Positions 30,820 to 48,195 of a stretch of 64,000 nucleotides of DNA are shown here, one piece after another. Position numbers and translations under genes: made by a program. The stretch is from Escherichia coli (lineage in GTDB: Bacteria; Pseudomonadota; Gammaproteobacteria; Enterobacterales; Enterobacteriaceae), in the NCBI RefSeq assembly GCF_024502345.1, contig NZ_JALDNN010000001.1, one strand, 5' to 3'. The first letter of the stretch is position 1. Every line of letters begins with the position of its first letter. The notes below the pieces were generated by a model. That model made no database searches and was not told the origin of the DNA. It saw nothing but the letters and a program-made list of their open reading frames with translations.

Positions 30820-31941
30820 ATGGTTGCTGAATTGACCGCATTACGCGATCAAATTGATGAAGTCGATAAAGCGCTGCTGAATTTATTAGCGAAGCGTCTG
30901 GAACTGGTTGCTGAAGTGGGCGAGGTGAAAAGCCGCTTTGGACTGCCTATTTATGTTCCGGAGCGAGAGGCATCTATGTTGGCCTCGCGTCGTGCAGAGG
31001 CGGAAGCTCTGGGTGTACCGCCAGATCTGATTGAGGATGTTTTGCGTCGGGTGATGCGTGAATCTTACTCCAGTGAAAACGACAAAGGATTTAAAACACT
31101 TTGTCCGTCACTGCGTCCGGTGGTTATCGTCGGCGGTGGCGGTCAGATGGGACGCCTGTTCGAGAAGATGCTGACACTATCGGGTTATCAGGTGCGGATT
31201 CTGGAGCAACATGACTGGGATCGAGCGGCTGATATTGTTGTCGATGCCGGAATGGTGATTGTTAGTGTGCCAATCCACGTTACTGAGCAAGTTATCGGCA
31301 AATTACCGCCTTTACCGAAAGATTGTATTCTGGTTGATCTGGCATCAGTGAAAAATGGACCGTTACAGGCCATGCTGGCGGCGCACGATGGCCCGGTACT
31401 GGGGTTGCACCCGATGTTCGGCCCGGACAGCGGTAGCCTGGCAAAGCAAGTTGTGGTCTGGTGTGATGGACGTAAGCCGGAAGCATACCAATGGTTTCTG
31501 GAGCAAATTCAGGTCTGGGGCGCTCGGTTGCATCGTATTAGCGCTGTCGAGCACGATCAGAATATGGCGTTTATTCAGGCTCTGCGCCACTTTGCTACTT
31601 TTGCTTACGGGCTGCACCTGGCAGAAGAAAATGTTCAGCTTGAGCAACTTCTGGCGCTCTCTTCGCCGATTTACCGCCTTGAGCTGGCGATGGTCGGGCG
31701 ACTGTTTGCTCAGGATCCGCAGCTTTATGCCGACATCATTATGTCGTCAGAGCGTAATCTGGCGTTAATCAAACGTTACTATAAGCGTTTCGGCGAGGCG
31801 ATTGAGTTGCTGGAGCAGGGCGATAAGCAGGCGTTTATTGACAGTTTCCGCAAGGTGGAGCACTGGTTCGGCGATTACGCACAGCGTTTTCAGAGTGAAA
31901 GCCGCGTGTTATTGCGTCAGGCGAATGACAATCGCCAGTAA
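30820..31941 (+). CDS. tyrA: Chorismate mutase / prephenate dehydrogenase TyrA
   Basis: 373-aa ORF. Confidence 0.95.
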   Translation: MVAELTALRDQIDEVDKALLNLLAKRLELVAEVGEVKSRFGLPIYVPEREASMLASRRAEAEALGVPPDLIEDVLRRVMRESYSSENDKGFKTLCPSLRPVVIVGGGGQMGRLFEKMLTLSGYQVRILEQHDWDRAADIVVDAGMVIVSVPIHVTEQVIGKLPPLPKDCILVDLASVKNGPLQAMLAAHDGPVLGLHPMFGPDSGSLAKQVVVWCDGRKPEAYQWFLEQIQVWGARLHRISAVEHDQNMAFIQALRHFATFAYGLHLAEENVQLEQLLALSSPIYRLELAMVGRLFAQDPQLYADIIMSSERNLALIKRYYKRFGEAIELLEQGDKQAFIDSFRKVEHWFGDYAQRFQSESRVLLRQANDNRQ

Positions 31942-31983
31942 TAATCCAGTGCCGGATGATTCACATCATCCGGCACCTTTTCA

Positions 31984-33144
31984 TCAGGTTGGATCAACAG
32001 GCACTACGTTCTCACTTGGGTAACAGCCCAATACCTTCATTGAACGGGTGATTTCCCCTAACTCTTTCAATGCTTTTTGCATTTCCGCTGATTCAAGATT
32101 GGCCTGAATATCCAGATAAAACATCTCTTCCCATGGATTACCGTGAATCGGGCGTGATTCCAGACGGGTCATAATCAGATTGTGGTTGCGCAGTACCAGC
32201 AACGCTTCAACCAGCGCACCGGCTTGTTGCCCGGTCGCCATTAACAACGTCGTTTTCGCCGGAACCTGATCAGACACGTTAATGGCTTTACGCGCCAACA
32301 CCACAAATCGGGTGAAGTTTTGTCGCTGATTCGCTTCAATCCGCTCCAGTACCTGCAAACCGTACAAAGTGCCGCCAGCTTCGCTTCCCAACGCAGCAAC
32401 ATGCGGTGATTTTGCCTGTGCAACCTTTTCCATTGCCGCAGACGTACTTTCGGTATATTCAATCTTCCAGTGCGGATAACGATTAAGGAATTTGCTGCAT
32501 TGCTGGAATGGCTGCGGATGGCTGTAGACCGTATTGATGGTGGATAAATCAGTCGTGCCGGAGACTAACAAACAATGGTCGATAGTTAACGTCATCTCGC
32601 CAACAATCGACAAGCTGGTATGTTGCAGCAGATCGTAAACGTCATTTATGGCACCGGAGCTGGTATTTTCAATCGGTACGACGGCATAGTCGGCCTGGCC
32701 GGTTTCCACCTGATTAAAAATATCGGCAAATTTGGCGCAGCCACTTTCAATGAATTGCTCAAAGTGACGGGCAGCATACTGGCGCGCCGCAAGATGGGAA
32801 TAAGAACCTTTGGGGCCGAGAAAAGCGATGCGTGCTGAGTGCGGATTAATTTTATTGAGATGTTGTTGGAGCAAAGCCTGCTGAGTTAATACGGAATCTT
32901 CAATGATGAGCTGGAACAGGCGAGTAATGTAATGGGCGTCCAGATGGTGCGCTTTACCGAGCGTAATTAATCTTTCCAGTAAATCGCGTTCACGATCAAT
33001 ATCACGTACCGGGCGATGCGAGAGCAGTTTGGCTTTTCCCACCTCGACGGCCAGTTCGCGCCGCTCTGCGAGTAATGCTAATAATTTTTCATCCAGCGCG
33101 CTGATTTTCTCTCGCAGCGCCAGTAACGGGTTTTCCGATGTCAT
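31984..33144 (-). CDS. pheA: Chorismate mutase / prephenate dehydratase PheA
   Basis: 386-aa ORF. Confidence 0.95.
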
Positions 33145-33165
33145 AGTGTTGCCTTTTTGTTATCA

Positions 33166-33195
33166 ATAAAAAAGGCCCCCCGATTTGGGAGGCCT
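33166..33195 (-). terminator. pheA attenuator terminator
   Basis: GC-rich hairpin ggcctcccaaatcgggggcc followed by a T-run on the minus strand, between pheL and pheA. Confidence 0.8.
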
Positions 33196-33242
33196 TATTG
33201 TTCGTCTTCGCATTCTGTTTCACACGACGAAACGCCTCCCAT

Positions 33243-33290
33243 TCAGGGGAAGGTAAAAAAGAATGCGAAGAAAAACGGTGTGTGTTTCAT
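33243..33290 (-). CDS. pheL: pheA leader peptide
   Basis: Minus-strand ATG AAA CAC ACA CCG TTT TTC TTC GCA TTC TTT TTT ACC TTC CCC TGA = MKHTPFFFAFFFTFP, seven Phe codons. Confidence 0.85.
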   Translation of the reverse strand: MKHTPFFFAFFFTFP

Positions 33291-33393
33291 GTTTGTTTCC
33301 TTAAGTGACTTTAGTACAGTACCCGTACTGTTTTCACGCTGTCAACAAAAAACGCGCCCGAAGGCGCGTTGGCGATACACTCAATATAAAGGA

Positions 33394-33789
<396 letters not shown>

Positions 33790-34005
33790 TCAAAATGTGT
33801 GATGGAAATCTCATAATTTTGTCACTTTTTGTCAACGAATCTTTTTTGTGAGAAATCGCAGGAAGAGGTGTTTTTTTACTTGAGGAATATCTCAAAGCGA
33901 GCCATATTTGATGAGATAGATAGCGACTAAATCGCTTCAGTTTCACAACTAACAGAATAAAAAAACGGCAGCTCAAGGGCTGCCGTTTTGTGTTTCAGGT
34001 TTCTG

Positions 34006-34743
34006 TTATGTATTGCTGCTGTTTGCGGCGATGATTTTCGCTACTTTTTCAGCTTGCGCATTCATCTGCATCTGACGGTATGCATTTTCCATCAGCGGCA
34101 GCGCATCACGCGTAGCCTGGGTATCCGGGTAGTCGCGCAACATGCCTTCTACGCGGTTAACGACGGCAACCCATGCGCCACGTTCTGTATAGTACTCGGC
34201 AACGGAGTATTCATATTTCGCCAGACGATCTTTCAGGAATACCAGACGTTTGGTGGCATCGGTGGTGTACTGACTGTTCGGATAGCCGCGCACCAGTTTG
34301 GAAAAGTCACTAAACGCAGCTCGTGCATGTTGAGGATCGCGATCGCTACGGTCAACGCCAAAGAACCCTTGCAGCGCACTGTCATCCAGCGCCATATTGG
34401 TCAGGCCACGCATGTACATGACATAATCGATATTCGGATGGGTCGGGTTAAGGCGAATAAAACGATCGATGGCAGCCTGCGCTAACGGCAAATCGGCGTT
34501 TTTATAGTAGGCGTAGATGAGATCCAGCTGCACCTGCTGCGAATACGGACCAAACGGATAGCGATTATCTAACGCTTCCAGTTGCGTTATTGCCTGTCTC
34601 CAGTTACCGTCCTGCAGCTTTTGTTGTGCAGTCGCGTAAATTTCATTTGGCGGATTATCAGGTACTTCTTCCTTTGACCCCGAGCAACCCGCCAAAAACA
34701 GGCTTAGTGTGGCGGCTGCCACCAGATATTTCATGCGCGTCAT
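34006..34743 (-). CDS. bamD: Outer membrane assembly lipoprotein BamD (YfiO)
   Basis: 245-aa ORF with lipobox LAGCSG and TPR-like repeats. Confidence 0.95.
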
Positions 34744-34877
34744 GACGTTTTGACTTTCCTCAAAATGTAATACGGGAGATTCTCTGTTCCTGCTCCCGGT
34801 TAAGACCAGCTACAATAGCACACTATATTAAACGGCAAAGCCGTAAAACCCCAACGATAAACGAAGAAGCAGTATAT

Positions 34878-35858
34878 ATGGCACAACGAGTACAGCTCAC
34901 TGCAACGGTGTCCGAAAACCAACTCGGTCAACGCTTAGATCAGGCTTTGGCCGAAATGTTCCCGGATTATTCACGTTCGCGAATAAAAGAATGGATCCTC
35001 GACCAGCGCGTGCTGGTTAACGGCAAACTTTGTGATAAGCCGAAAGAAAAAGTATTGGGTGGCGAGCAGGTTGCCATCAACGCAGAGATTGAAGAAGAAG
35101 CGCGTTTTGAACCGCAGGATATCCCGCTGGATATCGTCTATGAAGATGAAGACATCATCGTCATTAATAAACCGCGCGACCTGGTGGTTCATCCTGGCGC
35201 GGGTAACCCGGATGGCACGGTACTGAATGCGTTGCTTCATTATTATCCGCCTATTGCCGATGTACCGCGTGCGGGCATCGTCCATCGTCTGGATAAAGAC
35301 ACCACTGGCCTGATGGTTGTGGCAAAAACCGTTCCGGCTCAGACGCGTTTAGTCGAATCTTTGCAAAGGCGTGAAATTACTCGTGAGTACGAAGCGGTGG
35401 CGATTGGTCATATGACCGCTGGCGGTACGGTGGATGAGCCAATCAGTCGCCACCCGACCAAACGTACTCACATGGCGGTGCATCCGATGGGCAAACCAGC
35501 GGTGACTCACTATCGCATCATGGAACACTTCCGTGTGCACACGCGTCTGCGGTTGCGTCTGGAAACTGGACGTACGCACCAGATCCGCGTGCATATGGCC
35601 CATATCACTCATCCGCTGGTGGGCGATCCGGTTTATGGTGGCCGTCCGCGTCCGCCAAAAGGTGCTTCGGAAGCGTTTATCTCCACGCTGCGTAAGTTTG
35701 ACCGCCAGGCGCTTCATGCAACCATGCTGCGTCTTTATCACCCGATCTCCGGCATCGAAATGGAATGGCATGCGCCTATTCCACAAGATATGGTGGAGCT
35801 GATTGAGGCGATGCGTGCCGATTTCGAAGAACATAAGGATGAAGTGGACTGGTTATGA
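34878..35858 (+). CDS. rluD: 23S rRNA pseudouridine synthase RluD
   Basis: 326-aa ORF with S4 domain and HRLDKDTTGL motif. Confidence 0.95.
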   Translation: MAQRVQLTATVSENQLGQRLDQALAEMFPDYSRSRIKEWILDQRVLVNGKLCDKPKEKVLGGEQVAINAEIEEEARFEPQDIPLDIVYEDEDIIVINKPRDLVVHPGAGNPDGTVLNALLHYYPPIADVPRAGIVHRLDKDTTGLMVVAKTVPAQTRLVESLQRREITREYEAVAIGHMTAGGTVDEPISRHPTKRTHMAVHPMGKPAVTHYRIMEHFRVHTRLRLRLETGRTHQIRVHMAHITHPLVGDPVYGGRPRPPKGASEAFISTLRKFDRQALHATMLRLYHPISGIEMEWHAPIPQDMVELIEAMRADFEEHKDEVDWL

Positions 35859-36586
35859 GTAAGCTGATTGTCCCGCAGTGGCCGCTGCCAAAAGGTGTTG
35901 CGGCTTGTAGCTCTACTCGTATCGGCGGCGTGAGCTTGCCCCCGTATGACTCGCTCAACCTCGGTGCCCATTGTGGCGATAACCCGGATCACGTTGAGGA
36001 GAATCGCAAGCGACTTTTTGCTGCGGGCAATTTGCCTTCTAAACCGGTCTGGCTTGAGCAGGTACACGGCAAAGATGTGCTTAAGCTTACTGGCGAACCT
36101 TATGCCTCAAAACGAGCAGATGCCTCTTATAGCAATACGCCTGGCACGGTTTGCGCAGTGATGACTGCCGACTGCCTCCCTGTGCTGTTTTGCAATCGAG
36201 CGGGAACGGAAGTCGCCGCCGCTCATGCTGGCTGGCGTGGACTGTGCGCAGGCGTGCTGGAAGAGACAGTTTCCTGTTTTGCTGATAATCCGGAAAATAT
36301 TCTCGCCTGGTTAGGGCCGGCAATTGGTCCACGCGCGTTCGAAGTGGGGGCGGAGGTTCGCGAGGCGTTTATGGCAGCAGACGCCAAAGCGAGTACAGCT
36401 TTCATTCAGCATGGTGATAAGTATCTGGCGGATATTTATCTGCTTGCCCGGCAGCGTCTGGCGAGCGTTGGTGTTGAACAAATTTTCGGCGGCGACCGTT
36501 GTACATATACGGAAAATGAGACTTTCTTCTCTTATCGTCGCGACAAGACCACCGGGCGTATGGCAAGTTTCATTTGGCTGATATAA
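35855..36586 (+). CDS. yfiH: YfiH/PgeF purine nucleoside phosphorylase-like protein
   Basis: 243-aa ORF overlapping rluD stop. Confidence 0.9.
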   Translation: MSKLIVPQWPLPKGVAACSSTRIGGVSLPPYDSLNLGAHCGDNPDHVEENRKRLFAAGNLPSKPVWLEQVHGKDVLKLTGEPYASKRADASYSNTPGTVCAVMTADCLPVLFCNRAGTEVAAAHAGWRGLCAGVLEETVSCFADNPENILAWLGPAIGPRAFEVGAEVREAFMAADAKASTAFIQHGDKYLADIYLLARQRLASVGVEQIFGGDRCTYTENETFFSYRRDKTTGRMASFIWLI

Positions 36587-36648
36587 CCTAAAGAATCAAG
36601 ACGATCCGGTACGCGTGATTTTCTTTTCACATTAATCTGGTCAATAAC

Positions 36649-36677
36649 CTTGAATAATTGAGGGATGACCTCATTTA
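36649..36677 (+). promoter_or_regulatory. clpB sigma-32 heat-shock promoter
   Basis: CTTGAA (-35) ... CCTCATTTA (-10) upstream of clpB. Confidence 0.6.
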
Positions 36678-36715
36678 ATCTCCAGTAGCAACTTTGATCC
36701 GTTATGGGAGGAGTT

Positions 36716-39289
36716 ATGCGTCTGGATCGTCTTACTAATAAATTCCAGCTTGCTCTTGCCGATGCCCAATCACTTGCACTCGGGCACGACAACCAATTCA
36801 TCGAACCACTTCATTTAATGAGCGCCCTGCTGAATCAGGAAGGGGGTTCGGTTAGTCCTTTATTAACATCCGCTGGCATAAATGCTGGCCAGTTGCGCAC
36901 AGATATCAATCAGGCATTAAATCGTTTACCGCAGGTTGAAGGTACTGGTGGTGATGTCCAGCCATCACAGGATCTGGTGCGCGTTCTTAATCTTTGCGAC
37001 AAGCTGGCGCAAAAACGTGGTGATAACTTTATCTCGTCAGAACTGTTCGTTCTGGCGGCACTTGAGTCTCGCGGCACGCTGGCCGACATCCTGAAAGCAG
37101 CAGGGGCGACCACCGCCAACATTACTCAAGCGATTGAACAAATGCGTGGAGGTGAAAGCGTGAACGATCAAGGTGCTGAAGACCAACGTCAGGCTTTGAA
37201 AAAATATACCATCGACCTTACCGAACGAGCCGAACAGGGCAAACTCGATCCGGTGATTGGTCGTGATGAAGAAATTCGCCGTACCATTCAGGTGCTGCAA
37301 CGTCGTACTAAAAATAACCCGGTACTGATTGGTGAACCCGGCGTCGGTAAAACTGCCATCGTTGAAGGTCTGGCGCAGCGTATTATCAACGGCGAAGTGC
37401 CGGAAGGGTTGAAAGGCCGCCGGGTACTGGCGCTGGATATGGGCGCGCTGGTGGCTGGGGCGAAATATCGCGGTGAGTTTGAAGAACGTTTAAAAGGCGT
37501 GCTTAACGATCTTGCCAAACAGGAAGGCAACGTCATCCTGTTTATCGACGAATTACATACCATGGTCGGCGCGGGTAAAGCCGATGGCGCAATGGACGCC
37601 GGAAACATGCTGAAACCGGCGCTGGCGCGTGGTGAATTGCACTGCGTAGGTGCCACGACGCTTGACGAATATCGCCAGTACATCGAAAAAGATGCTGCGC
37701 TGGAACGTCGTTTCCAGAAAGTGTTTGTTGCCGAGCCTTCTGTTGAAGATACCATTGCGATTCTGCGTGGCCTGAAAGAACGTTACGAATTGCACCACCA
37801 TGTGCAAATTACTGACCCGGCAATTGTTGCAGCGGCGACGTTGTCTCATCGCTACATTGCTGACCGTCAGCTGCCGGATAAAGCCATCGACCTGATCGAT
37901 GAAGCAGCATCCAGCATTCGTATGCAGATTGACTCAAAACCAGAAGAACTCGACCGACTCGATCGCCGTATCATCCAGCTCAAACTGGAACAACAGGCGT
38001 TAATGAAAGAGTCTGATGAAGCCAGTAAAAAACGTCTGGATATGCTCAACGAAGAACTGAGCGACAAAGAACGTCAGTACTCCGAGTTAGAAGAAGAGTG
38101 GAAAGCAGAGAAGGCATCGCTTTCTGGTACGCAGACCATTAAAGCGGAACTGGAACAGGCGAAAATCGCTATTGAACAGGCTCGCCGTGTGGGTGACCTG
38201 GCGCGGATGTCTGAACTGCAATACGGCAAAATCCCGGAACTGGAAAAGCAACTGGAAGCCGCAACGCAGCTCGAAGGCAAAACTATGCGTCTGTTGCGTA
38301 ATAAAGTGACCGACGCCGAAATTGCTGAAGTGCTGGCGCGTTGGACGGGGATTCCGGTTTCTCGCATGATGGAAAGCGAGCGCGAAAAACTGCTGCGTAT
38401 GGAGCAAGAACTGCACCATCGCGTAATTGGTCAGAACGAAGCGGTTGATGCGGTATCTAACGCTATTCGTCGTAGCCGTGCGGGGCTGGCGGATCCAAAT
38501 CGCCCGATTGGTTCATTCCTGTTCCTCGGCCCAACTGGTGTGGGGAAAACTGAGCTTTGTAAGGCGCTGGCGAACTTTATGTTTGATAGCGACGAGGCGA
38601 TGGTCCGTATCGATATGTCCGAGTTTATGGAGAAACACTCGGTGTCTCGTCTGGTTGGTGCGCCTCCGGGATATGTCGGTTATGAAGAAGGTGGCTACCT
38701 GACCGAAGCTGTGCGTCGTCGTCCGTATTCCGTCATCCTGCTGGATGAAGTGGAAAAAGCGCATCCGGATGTCTTCAATATTCTGTTGCAGGTACTGGAT
38801 GATGGGCGTCTGACTGACGGGCAGGGGAGAACGGTCGACTTCCGTAATACGGTTGTCATTATGACCTCTAACCTCGGTTCCGATCTGATTCAGGAACGCT
38901 TCGGTGAACTGGATTATGCGCACATGAAAGAGCTGGTGCTCGGTGTGGTTAGCCATAACTTCCGTCCGGAATTCATTAACCGTATCGATGAAGTGGTGGT
39001 CTTCCATCCGCTGGGTGAACAGCACATTGCGTCGATTGCGCAGATTCAGTTGAAACGTCTGTATAAACGTCTGGAAGAACGTGGTTATGAAATCCACATT
39101 TCTGACGAGGCGCTGAAACTGCTGAGCGAGAACGGTTACGATCCGGTCTATGGTGCACGTCCTCTGAAACGTGCAATTCAGCAGCAGATCGAAAACCCGC
39201 TGGCACAGCAAATACTGTCTGGTGAATTGGTTCCGGGTAAAGTGATTCGCCTGGAAGTTAATGAAGACCGGATTGTCGCCGTCCAGTAA
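36716..39289 (+). CDS. clpB: Disaggregase chaperone ClpB
   Basis: Two AAA+ modules (GEPGVGKT and GPTGVGKT Walker A); start at [11 protein letters not shown] gives 857 aa. Confidence 0.95.
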
Positions 39290-39404
39290 ATGATAAAACG
39301 AGCCCTTCGGGGCTCGTTTTTGTCTATAATTTAGACGGAAAAGACTATATTTAAGATGTTTTGCCTGAAAAGTGAGCGAACGATAAAGTTTTTATATTTT
39401 TCGC

Positions 39405-39432
39405 TTGTCAGGCCGGAATAACTCCCTATAAT
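39405..39432 (+). promoter_or_regulatory. rrnG P1 promoter
   Basis: TTGTCA-N16-TATAAT with AT-rich UP-like tract upstream. Confidence 0.75.
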
Positions 39433-39521
39433 GCGCCACCACTGACACGGAACAACGGCAAACACGCCGCCGGGTCAGCGGGGTTCTTCTGAGAATCTCA
39501 ACAGAGAAAAGCAAAAAATGC

Positions 39522-39549
39522 TTGACTCTGTAGCGGGAAAGCGTATTAT
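39522..39549 (+). promoter_or_regulatory. rrnG P2 promoter
   Basis: TTGACT-N16-TATTAT. Confidence 0.7.
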
Positions 39550-39730
39550 GCACACCCCGCGCCGCTGAGAAAAAGCGAAGCGGCACTGCTCTTTAACAAT
39601 TTATCAGACAATCTGTGTGGGCACTCGAAGATACGGATTCTTAACGTCGCAAGACGAAAAATGAATACCAGGTCTCAAGAGTGAACACGTAATTCATTAC
39701 GAAGTTTAATTCTTTGAGCATCAAACTTTT

Positions 39731-41272
<1,542 letters not shown>

Positions 41273-41357
41273 CCTTAAAGAAGCGTACTTTGTAGTGCTC
41301 ACACAGATTGTCTGATAGAAAGTGAAAAGCAAGGCGTCTTGCGAAGCAGACTGATAC

Positions 41358-41433
41358 GTCCCCTTCGTCTAGAGGCCCAGGACACCGCCCTTTCACGGCG
41401 GTAACAGGGGTTCGAATCCCCTAGGGGACGCCA
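41358..41433 (+). tRNA. gltW: tRNA-Glu (UUC) spacer tRNA
   Basis: GTCCCCTTCGTCTAGAGGCCCAGGACACCGCCCTTTCACGGCGGTAACAGGGGTTCGAATCCCCTAGGGGACGCCA. Confidence 0.97.
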
Positions 41434-41626
41434 CTTGCTGGTTTGTGAGTGAAAGTCACCTGCCTTGATATCTCAAAACTCATCTTCGGGTGATGTTTGA
41501 GATATTTGCTCTTTAAAAATCTGGATCAAGCTGAAAATTGAAACACTGAACAACGAAAGTTGTTCGTGAGTCTCTCAAATTTTCGCAACACGATGATGAA
41601 TCGAAAGAAACATCTTCGGGTTGTGA

Positions 41627-44529
<2,903 letters not shown>

Positions 44530-44621
44530 ACAACGCCGAAGGTGTTTTGGCGGATGAGAGAAGATTTTCAGCCTGATACAGATTAAATCAGAACGCAGAA
44601 GCGGTCTGATAAAACAGAATT

Positions 44622-44741
44622 TGCCTGGCGGCCGTAGCGCGGTGGTCCCACCTGACCCCATGCCGAACTCAGAAGTGAAACGCCGTAGCGCCGATGGTAG
44701 TGTGGGGTCTCCCCATGCGAGAGTAGGGAACTGCCAGGCAT
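44622..44741 (+). rRNA. rrfG: 5S ribosomal RNA
   Basis: TGCCTGGCGGCCGTAGCGCGGTGG...CTGCCAGGCAT; 120 nt. Confidence 0.97.
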
Positions 44742-44754
44742 CAAATAAAGCGAA

Positions 44755-44781
44755 AGGCCATCCTGACAGATGGCCTTTTTG
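44755..44781 (+). terminator. rrn operon intrinsic terminator
   Basis: aggccatc...gatggcct hairpin followed by TTTTT. Confidence 0.75.
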
Positions 44782-45062
44782 CGTTGGTGCAAAAAAATGC
44801 CGGATGCGACGCTTCGCGTCTTATACTCCCACATATGCCAAATTCAGCAACGGATACGGTTTCCCCAACTTGCCCACTTCCATACGTGTCCTCCTTACCA
44901 GAAATTTATCCTTAAGCTCCTCAATAACCATTTTCCTGCTAACTAAATTCATGGTTAAGGTTGTATAATGATACGCAACAAATGTATAACATTTTCTTTA
45001 CCAAAAGAAATAAACAAAAGCGACCGACAAAAGCATCGGATTACGGCAGGAGACATAATGGC

Positions 45063-46361
45063 ATGGCTGAAAGTACTGTAACGGCAGACAGCAAACTGAC
45101 AAGTAGTGATACACGTCGCCGCATTTGGGCGATTGTGGGGGCCTCTTCAGGTAATCTGGTCGAGTGGTTCGATTTCTATGTCTACTCGTTCTGTTCACTC
45201 TACTTTGCCCACATCTTCTTCCCTTCCGGGAACACGACGACTCAACTACTACAAACAGCAGGTGTTTTTGCTGCGGGATTCCTCATGCGCCCAATAGGCG
45301 GTTGGCTATTTGGCCGCATAGCCGATAAACATGGTCGCAAAAAATCGATGCTGCTATCGGTGTGTATGATGTGTTTCGGCTCACTGGTAATCGCCTGTTT
45401 GCCTGGTTATGAAACAATCGGTACGTGGGCTCCGGCATTATTGCTTCTCGCGCGTTTATTTCAGGGATTATCCGTTGGCGGAGAATATGGCACCAGCGCC
45501 ACCTATATGAGTGAAGTTGCCGTTGAAGGGCGCAAAGGTTTTTACGCATCATTTCAGTATGTGACGTTGATCGGCGGACAACTGCTAGCCCTACTGGTTG
45601 TCGTGGTTTTACAACACACCATGGAAGACGCTGCACTCAGAGAGTGGGGATGGCGTATTCCTTTCGCGTTAGGAGCTGTGTTAGCTGTTGTGGCGTTGTG
45701 GTTACGTCGTCAGTTAGATGAAACTTCGCAACAAGAAACGCGCGCTTTAAAAGAAGCTGGATCTCTGAAAGGATTATGGCGCAATCGCCGTGCATTCATC
45801 ATGGTTCTCGGTTTTACCGCTGCGGGCTCCCTTTGTTTCTATACCTTCACCACTTATATGCAGAAGTATCTGGTAAATACTGCGGGAATGCATGCCAACG
45901 TGGCGAGTGGCATTATGGCTGCCGCATTGTTTGTATTTATGCTTATTCAACCACTCATTGGCGCGCTGTCGGATAAGATTGGTCGCCGTACCTCAATGTT
46001 ATGTTTCGGTTCGCTGGCAGCCATTTTTACCGTTCCTATTCTCTCAGCATTGCAAAACGTTTCCTCGCCTTATGCCGCTTTTGGTCTGGTGATGTGTGCC
46101 CTGCTGATAGTGAGTTTTTATACATCAATCAGTGGAATACTGAAGGCTGAGATGTTCCCGGCACAGGTTCGCGCATTAGGCGTTGGTCTGTCATATGCGG
46201 TCGCTAATGCTATATTTGGTGGTTCGGCGGAGTACGTAGCGTTGTCGCTGAAATCAATAGGAATGGAAACAGCCTTCTTCTGGTATGTGACCTTGATGGC
46301 CGTGGTGGCGTTTCTGGTTTCTTTGATGCTACATCGCAAAGGGAAGGGGATGCGTCTTTAG
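45063..46361 (+). CDS. kgtP: Alpha-ketoglutarate permease (MFS transporter)
   Basis: [41 protein letters not shown]...; the ORF track starts 34 codons upstream. Confidence 0.9.
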   Translation: MAESTVTADSKLTSSDTRRRIWAIVGASSGNLVEWFDFYVYSFCSLYFAHIFFPSGNTTTQLLQTAGVFAAGFLMRPIGGWLFGRIADKHGRKKSMLLSVCMMCFGSLVIACLPGYETIGTWAPALLLLARLFQGLSVGGEYGTSATYMSEVAVEGRKGFYASFQYVTLIGGQLLALLVVVVLQHTMEDAALREWGWRIPFALGAVLAVVALWLRRQLDETSQQETRALKEAGSLKGLWRNRRAFIMVLGFTAAGSLCFYTFTTYMQKYLVNTAGMHANVASGIMAAALFVFMLIQPLIGALSDKIGRRTSMLCFGSLAAIFTVPILSALQNVSSPYAAFGLVMCALLIVSFYTSISGILKAEMFPAQVRALGVGLSYAVANAIFGGSAEYVALSLKSIGMETAFFWYVTLMAVVAFLVSLMLHRKGKGMRL

Positions 46362-46681
46362 TGATGGGTCAGTTGCCAGACGGTATAGCCGGTGCTTGCA
46401 CCGGCGACATCCCAGGCCAAATCCTTCCAGCTCCAGCCGCTCCCTTCGGGGCGGCTATCCCAAAGCTCTTTTGACGCCCCCAAACTGACAGAGAACATCA
46501 ATCCAAACATGGCACTGCGATCCCGGCTCATCCCCTGATGCTGTGAATATTCATTTCCGGCGGCGGAAAGCATCGCCGAGGCGATAAAGTGTTGAGCTTT
46601 ATCCTGCCCGCTCCAGCTATCGTTAGCCATATGGCTGCATCCAGAAAGTAACAATAGCGAACAGACAAAAAGAATACGCAA
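46358..46681 (-). CDS. yfiM: Lipoprotein YfiM (probable TTG start)
   Basis: (M)[22 protein letters not shown]... lipobox; start codon uncertain. Confidence 0.7.
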   Translation of the reverse strand: MRILFVCSLLLLSGCSHMANDSWSGQDKAQHFIASAMLSAAGNEYSQHQGMSRDRSAMFGLMFSVSLGASKELWDSRPEGSGWSWKDLAWDVAGASTGYTVWQLTHH

Positions 46682-46726
46682 AACGTGGCCTCCAAAAAAC
46701 AAACCCCGTACAGGACGGGGTTGTGA

Positions 46727-48082
46727 TTACAGGATGCGGCTAATTAATCGGTCGATGCGGATACGGCGCAAACGGCGGATGAGTTTACGAACCTTCACCG
46801 GATAATCGGCAATACTTTGCAGATCGCGATAGTGCTTAACGATGGTGGTATGCTCGCGGATCAGCTCCAGTTCTTTCTCTCGCTGCGGCGCAAGCTCCAG
46901 TTGTGGATCGTGGATTAAAATGGCGTTTTCCAGATCCAGACGCCAGGCGCGCGGGTTCAGGTTATTACCGGTGATCAACATCCACTTATCATCAACCCAC
47001 ATCCCTTTTAGGTGATAGGTGTTGTCGTCATCTTTCCATAACCGAACCACTAGCTGGTCAGTATTGACGTAATACTGCAAACGGCTCAGGAAACGACGCA
47101 GATTGATCTCATAGAGATAAGGCAATGCGCCAATTATCTTGAAAGGTTCATCTTCCGGAATGTAGAAGTCGTTCGCGGTTTTATCACCAACAATAATTTC
47201 GACCTTTTTCCCTTCGCGCAGCAACTGGATAATATTGCGCACAAGGATTGCTGGCAGGTTGAAGTATGGCGTACAGATGGTTAGTTTCTGCTCGGCACAA
47301 GGCATAAGATGGAAAATGGTCTTGTTCAACAGACTCGATTTCCCCAGCCCCACTAGCGGCGTTACGGAAAGCTGATCGTTGTCGGCATCGCCCTGGAAAT
47401 GATAAGCGGCATCACGCAGCTCTTGGCGGAACAGACGAATATCGTTCTTGATTTCCGGGCTTTTTGGCCGATTAACATCATCCAGACGATTAACGCCGCG
47501 GCCATTCATAATATTCTGTGTAACCCATTCAAACATAATGTCTGACATCTTACGGTTACGGATAAGATGATAACGGTCGTAGCGATATTTATCGTGCTGA
47601 TGCAGGTAAACATCGTTCAGGCTGGCACCGCTATAAAGTACGCTATCGTCGATGATAAAGCCTTTAAAGTGCAGAACACCAAGGGCTTCACGGGTATTGA
47701 TTGGAACGCCATAAACCGGAACATCTACGCCCGGATTTTCCTGCGCCATGCGGCAGTACCAGTCAGCGTTAGTGTTAGATGCCGCAGCGCCAATGCGTCC
47801 ACGTTGTGCACGATGCCAGTCGACTAGCACCCGCACATCCAGTTCCGGACGCTGCCTTTTAGCTTCATACAACGCGTTCAGAATGCCTTTGCCACCGTCA
47901 TCCTGTTCGAGATACAGGGCGACAATGCAAATGCGCTGCTTCGCGCTGGCTATTTTTTCCAGCAGCGTCTCCCGGAAGTCGGCGGGAGCGTAAAAGAAAT
48001 CGACATCATCAACTGATTGAGAAATCTTGGGTAGTTGGGCAAGGTGTTGTTGATGTTTATTACGCTTAAATTTTGACAACAT
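46727..48082 (-). CDS. pssA: CDP-diacylglycerol--serine O-phosphatidyltransferase
   Basis: 451-aa ORF MLSKFKRNKHQQHLAQLPKISQS... Confidence 0.95.
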   Translation of the reverse strand: MLSKFKRNKHQQHLAQLPKISQSVDDVDFFYAPADFRETLLEKIASAKQRICIVALYLEQDDGGKGILNALYEAKRQRPELDVRVLVDWHRAQRGRIGAAASNTNADWYCRMAQENPGVDVPVYGVPINTREALGVLHFKGFIIDDSVLYSGASLNDVYLHQHDKYRYDRYHLIRNRKMSDIMFEWVTQNIMNGRGVNRLDDVNRPKSPEIKNDIRLFRQELRDAAYHFQGDADNDQLSVTPLVGLGKSSLLNKTIFHLMPCAEQKLTICTPYFNLPAILVRNIIQLLREGKKVEIIVGDKTANDFYIPEDEPFKIIGALPYLYEINLRRFLSRLQYYVNTDQLVVRLWKDDDNTYHLKGMWVDDKWMLITGNNLNPRAWRLDLENAILIHDPQLELAPQREKELELIREHTTIVKHYRDLQSIADYPVKVRKLIRRLRRIRIDRLISRIL

Positions 48083-48195
48083 CACAGTGCATTTCTTCTC
48101 TGTTCATTGAAGGGTCCTCTGTGCAATGCAGACGACATAAGCGGGCAATAATAACACCAGTCCCGATTAAGTGGTCAACATTTCCAGTACCTTAC

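Noticed and set aside
36910-39211. Antisense and alternative-frame ORFs inside clpB (for example 37288..37755, 38513..39211)
   Set aside because: They overlap a long, well-supported chaperone gene and have no independent signals; the same applies to similar antisense ORFs inside ffh, recN, patZ, nadB and srmB.
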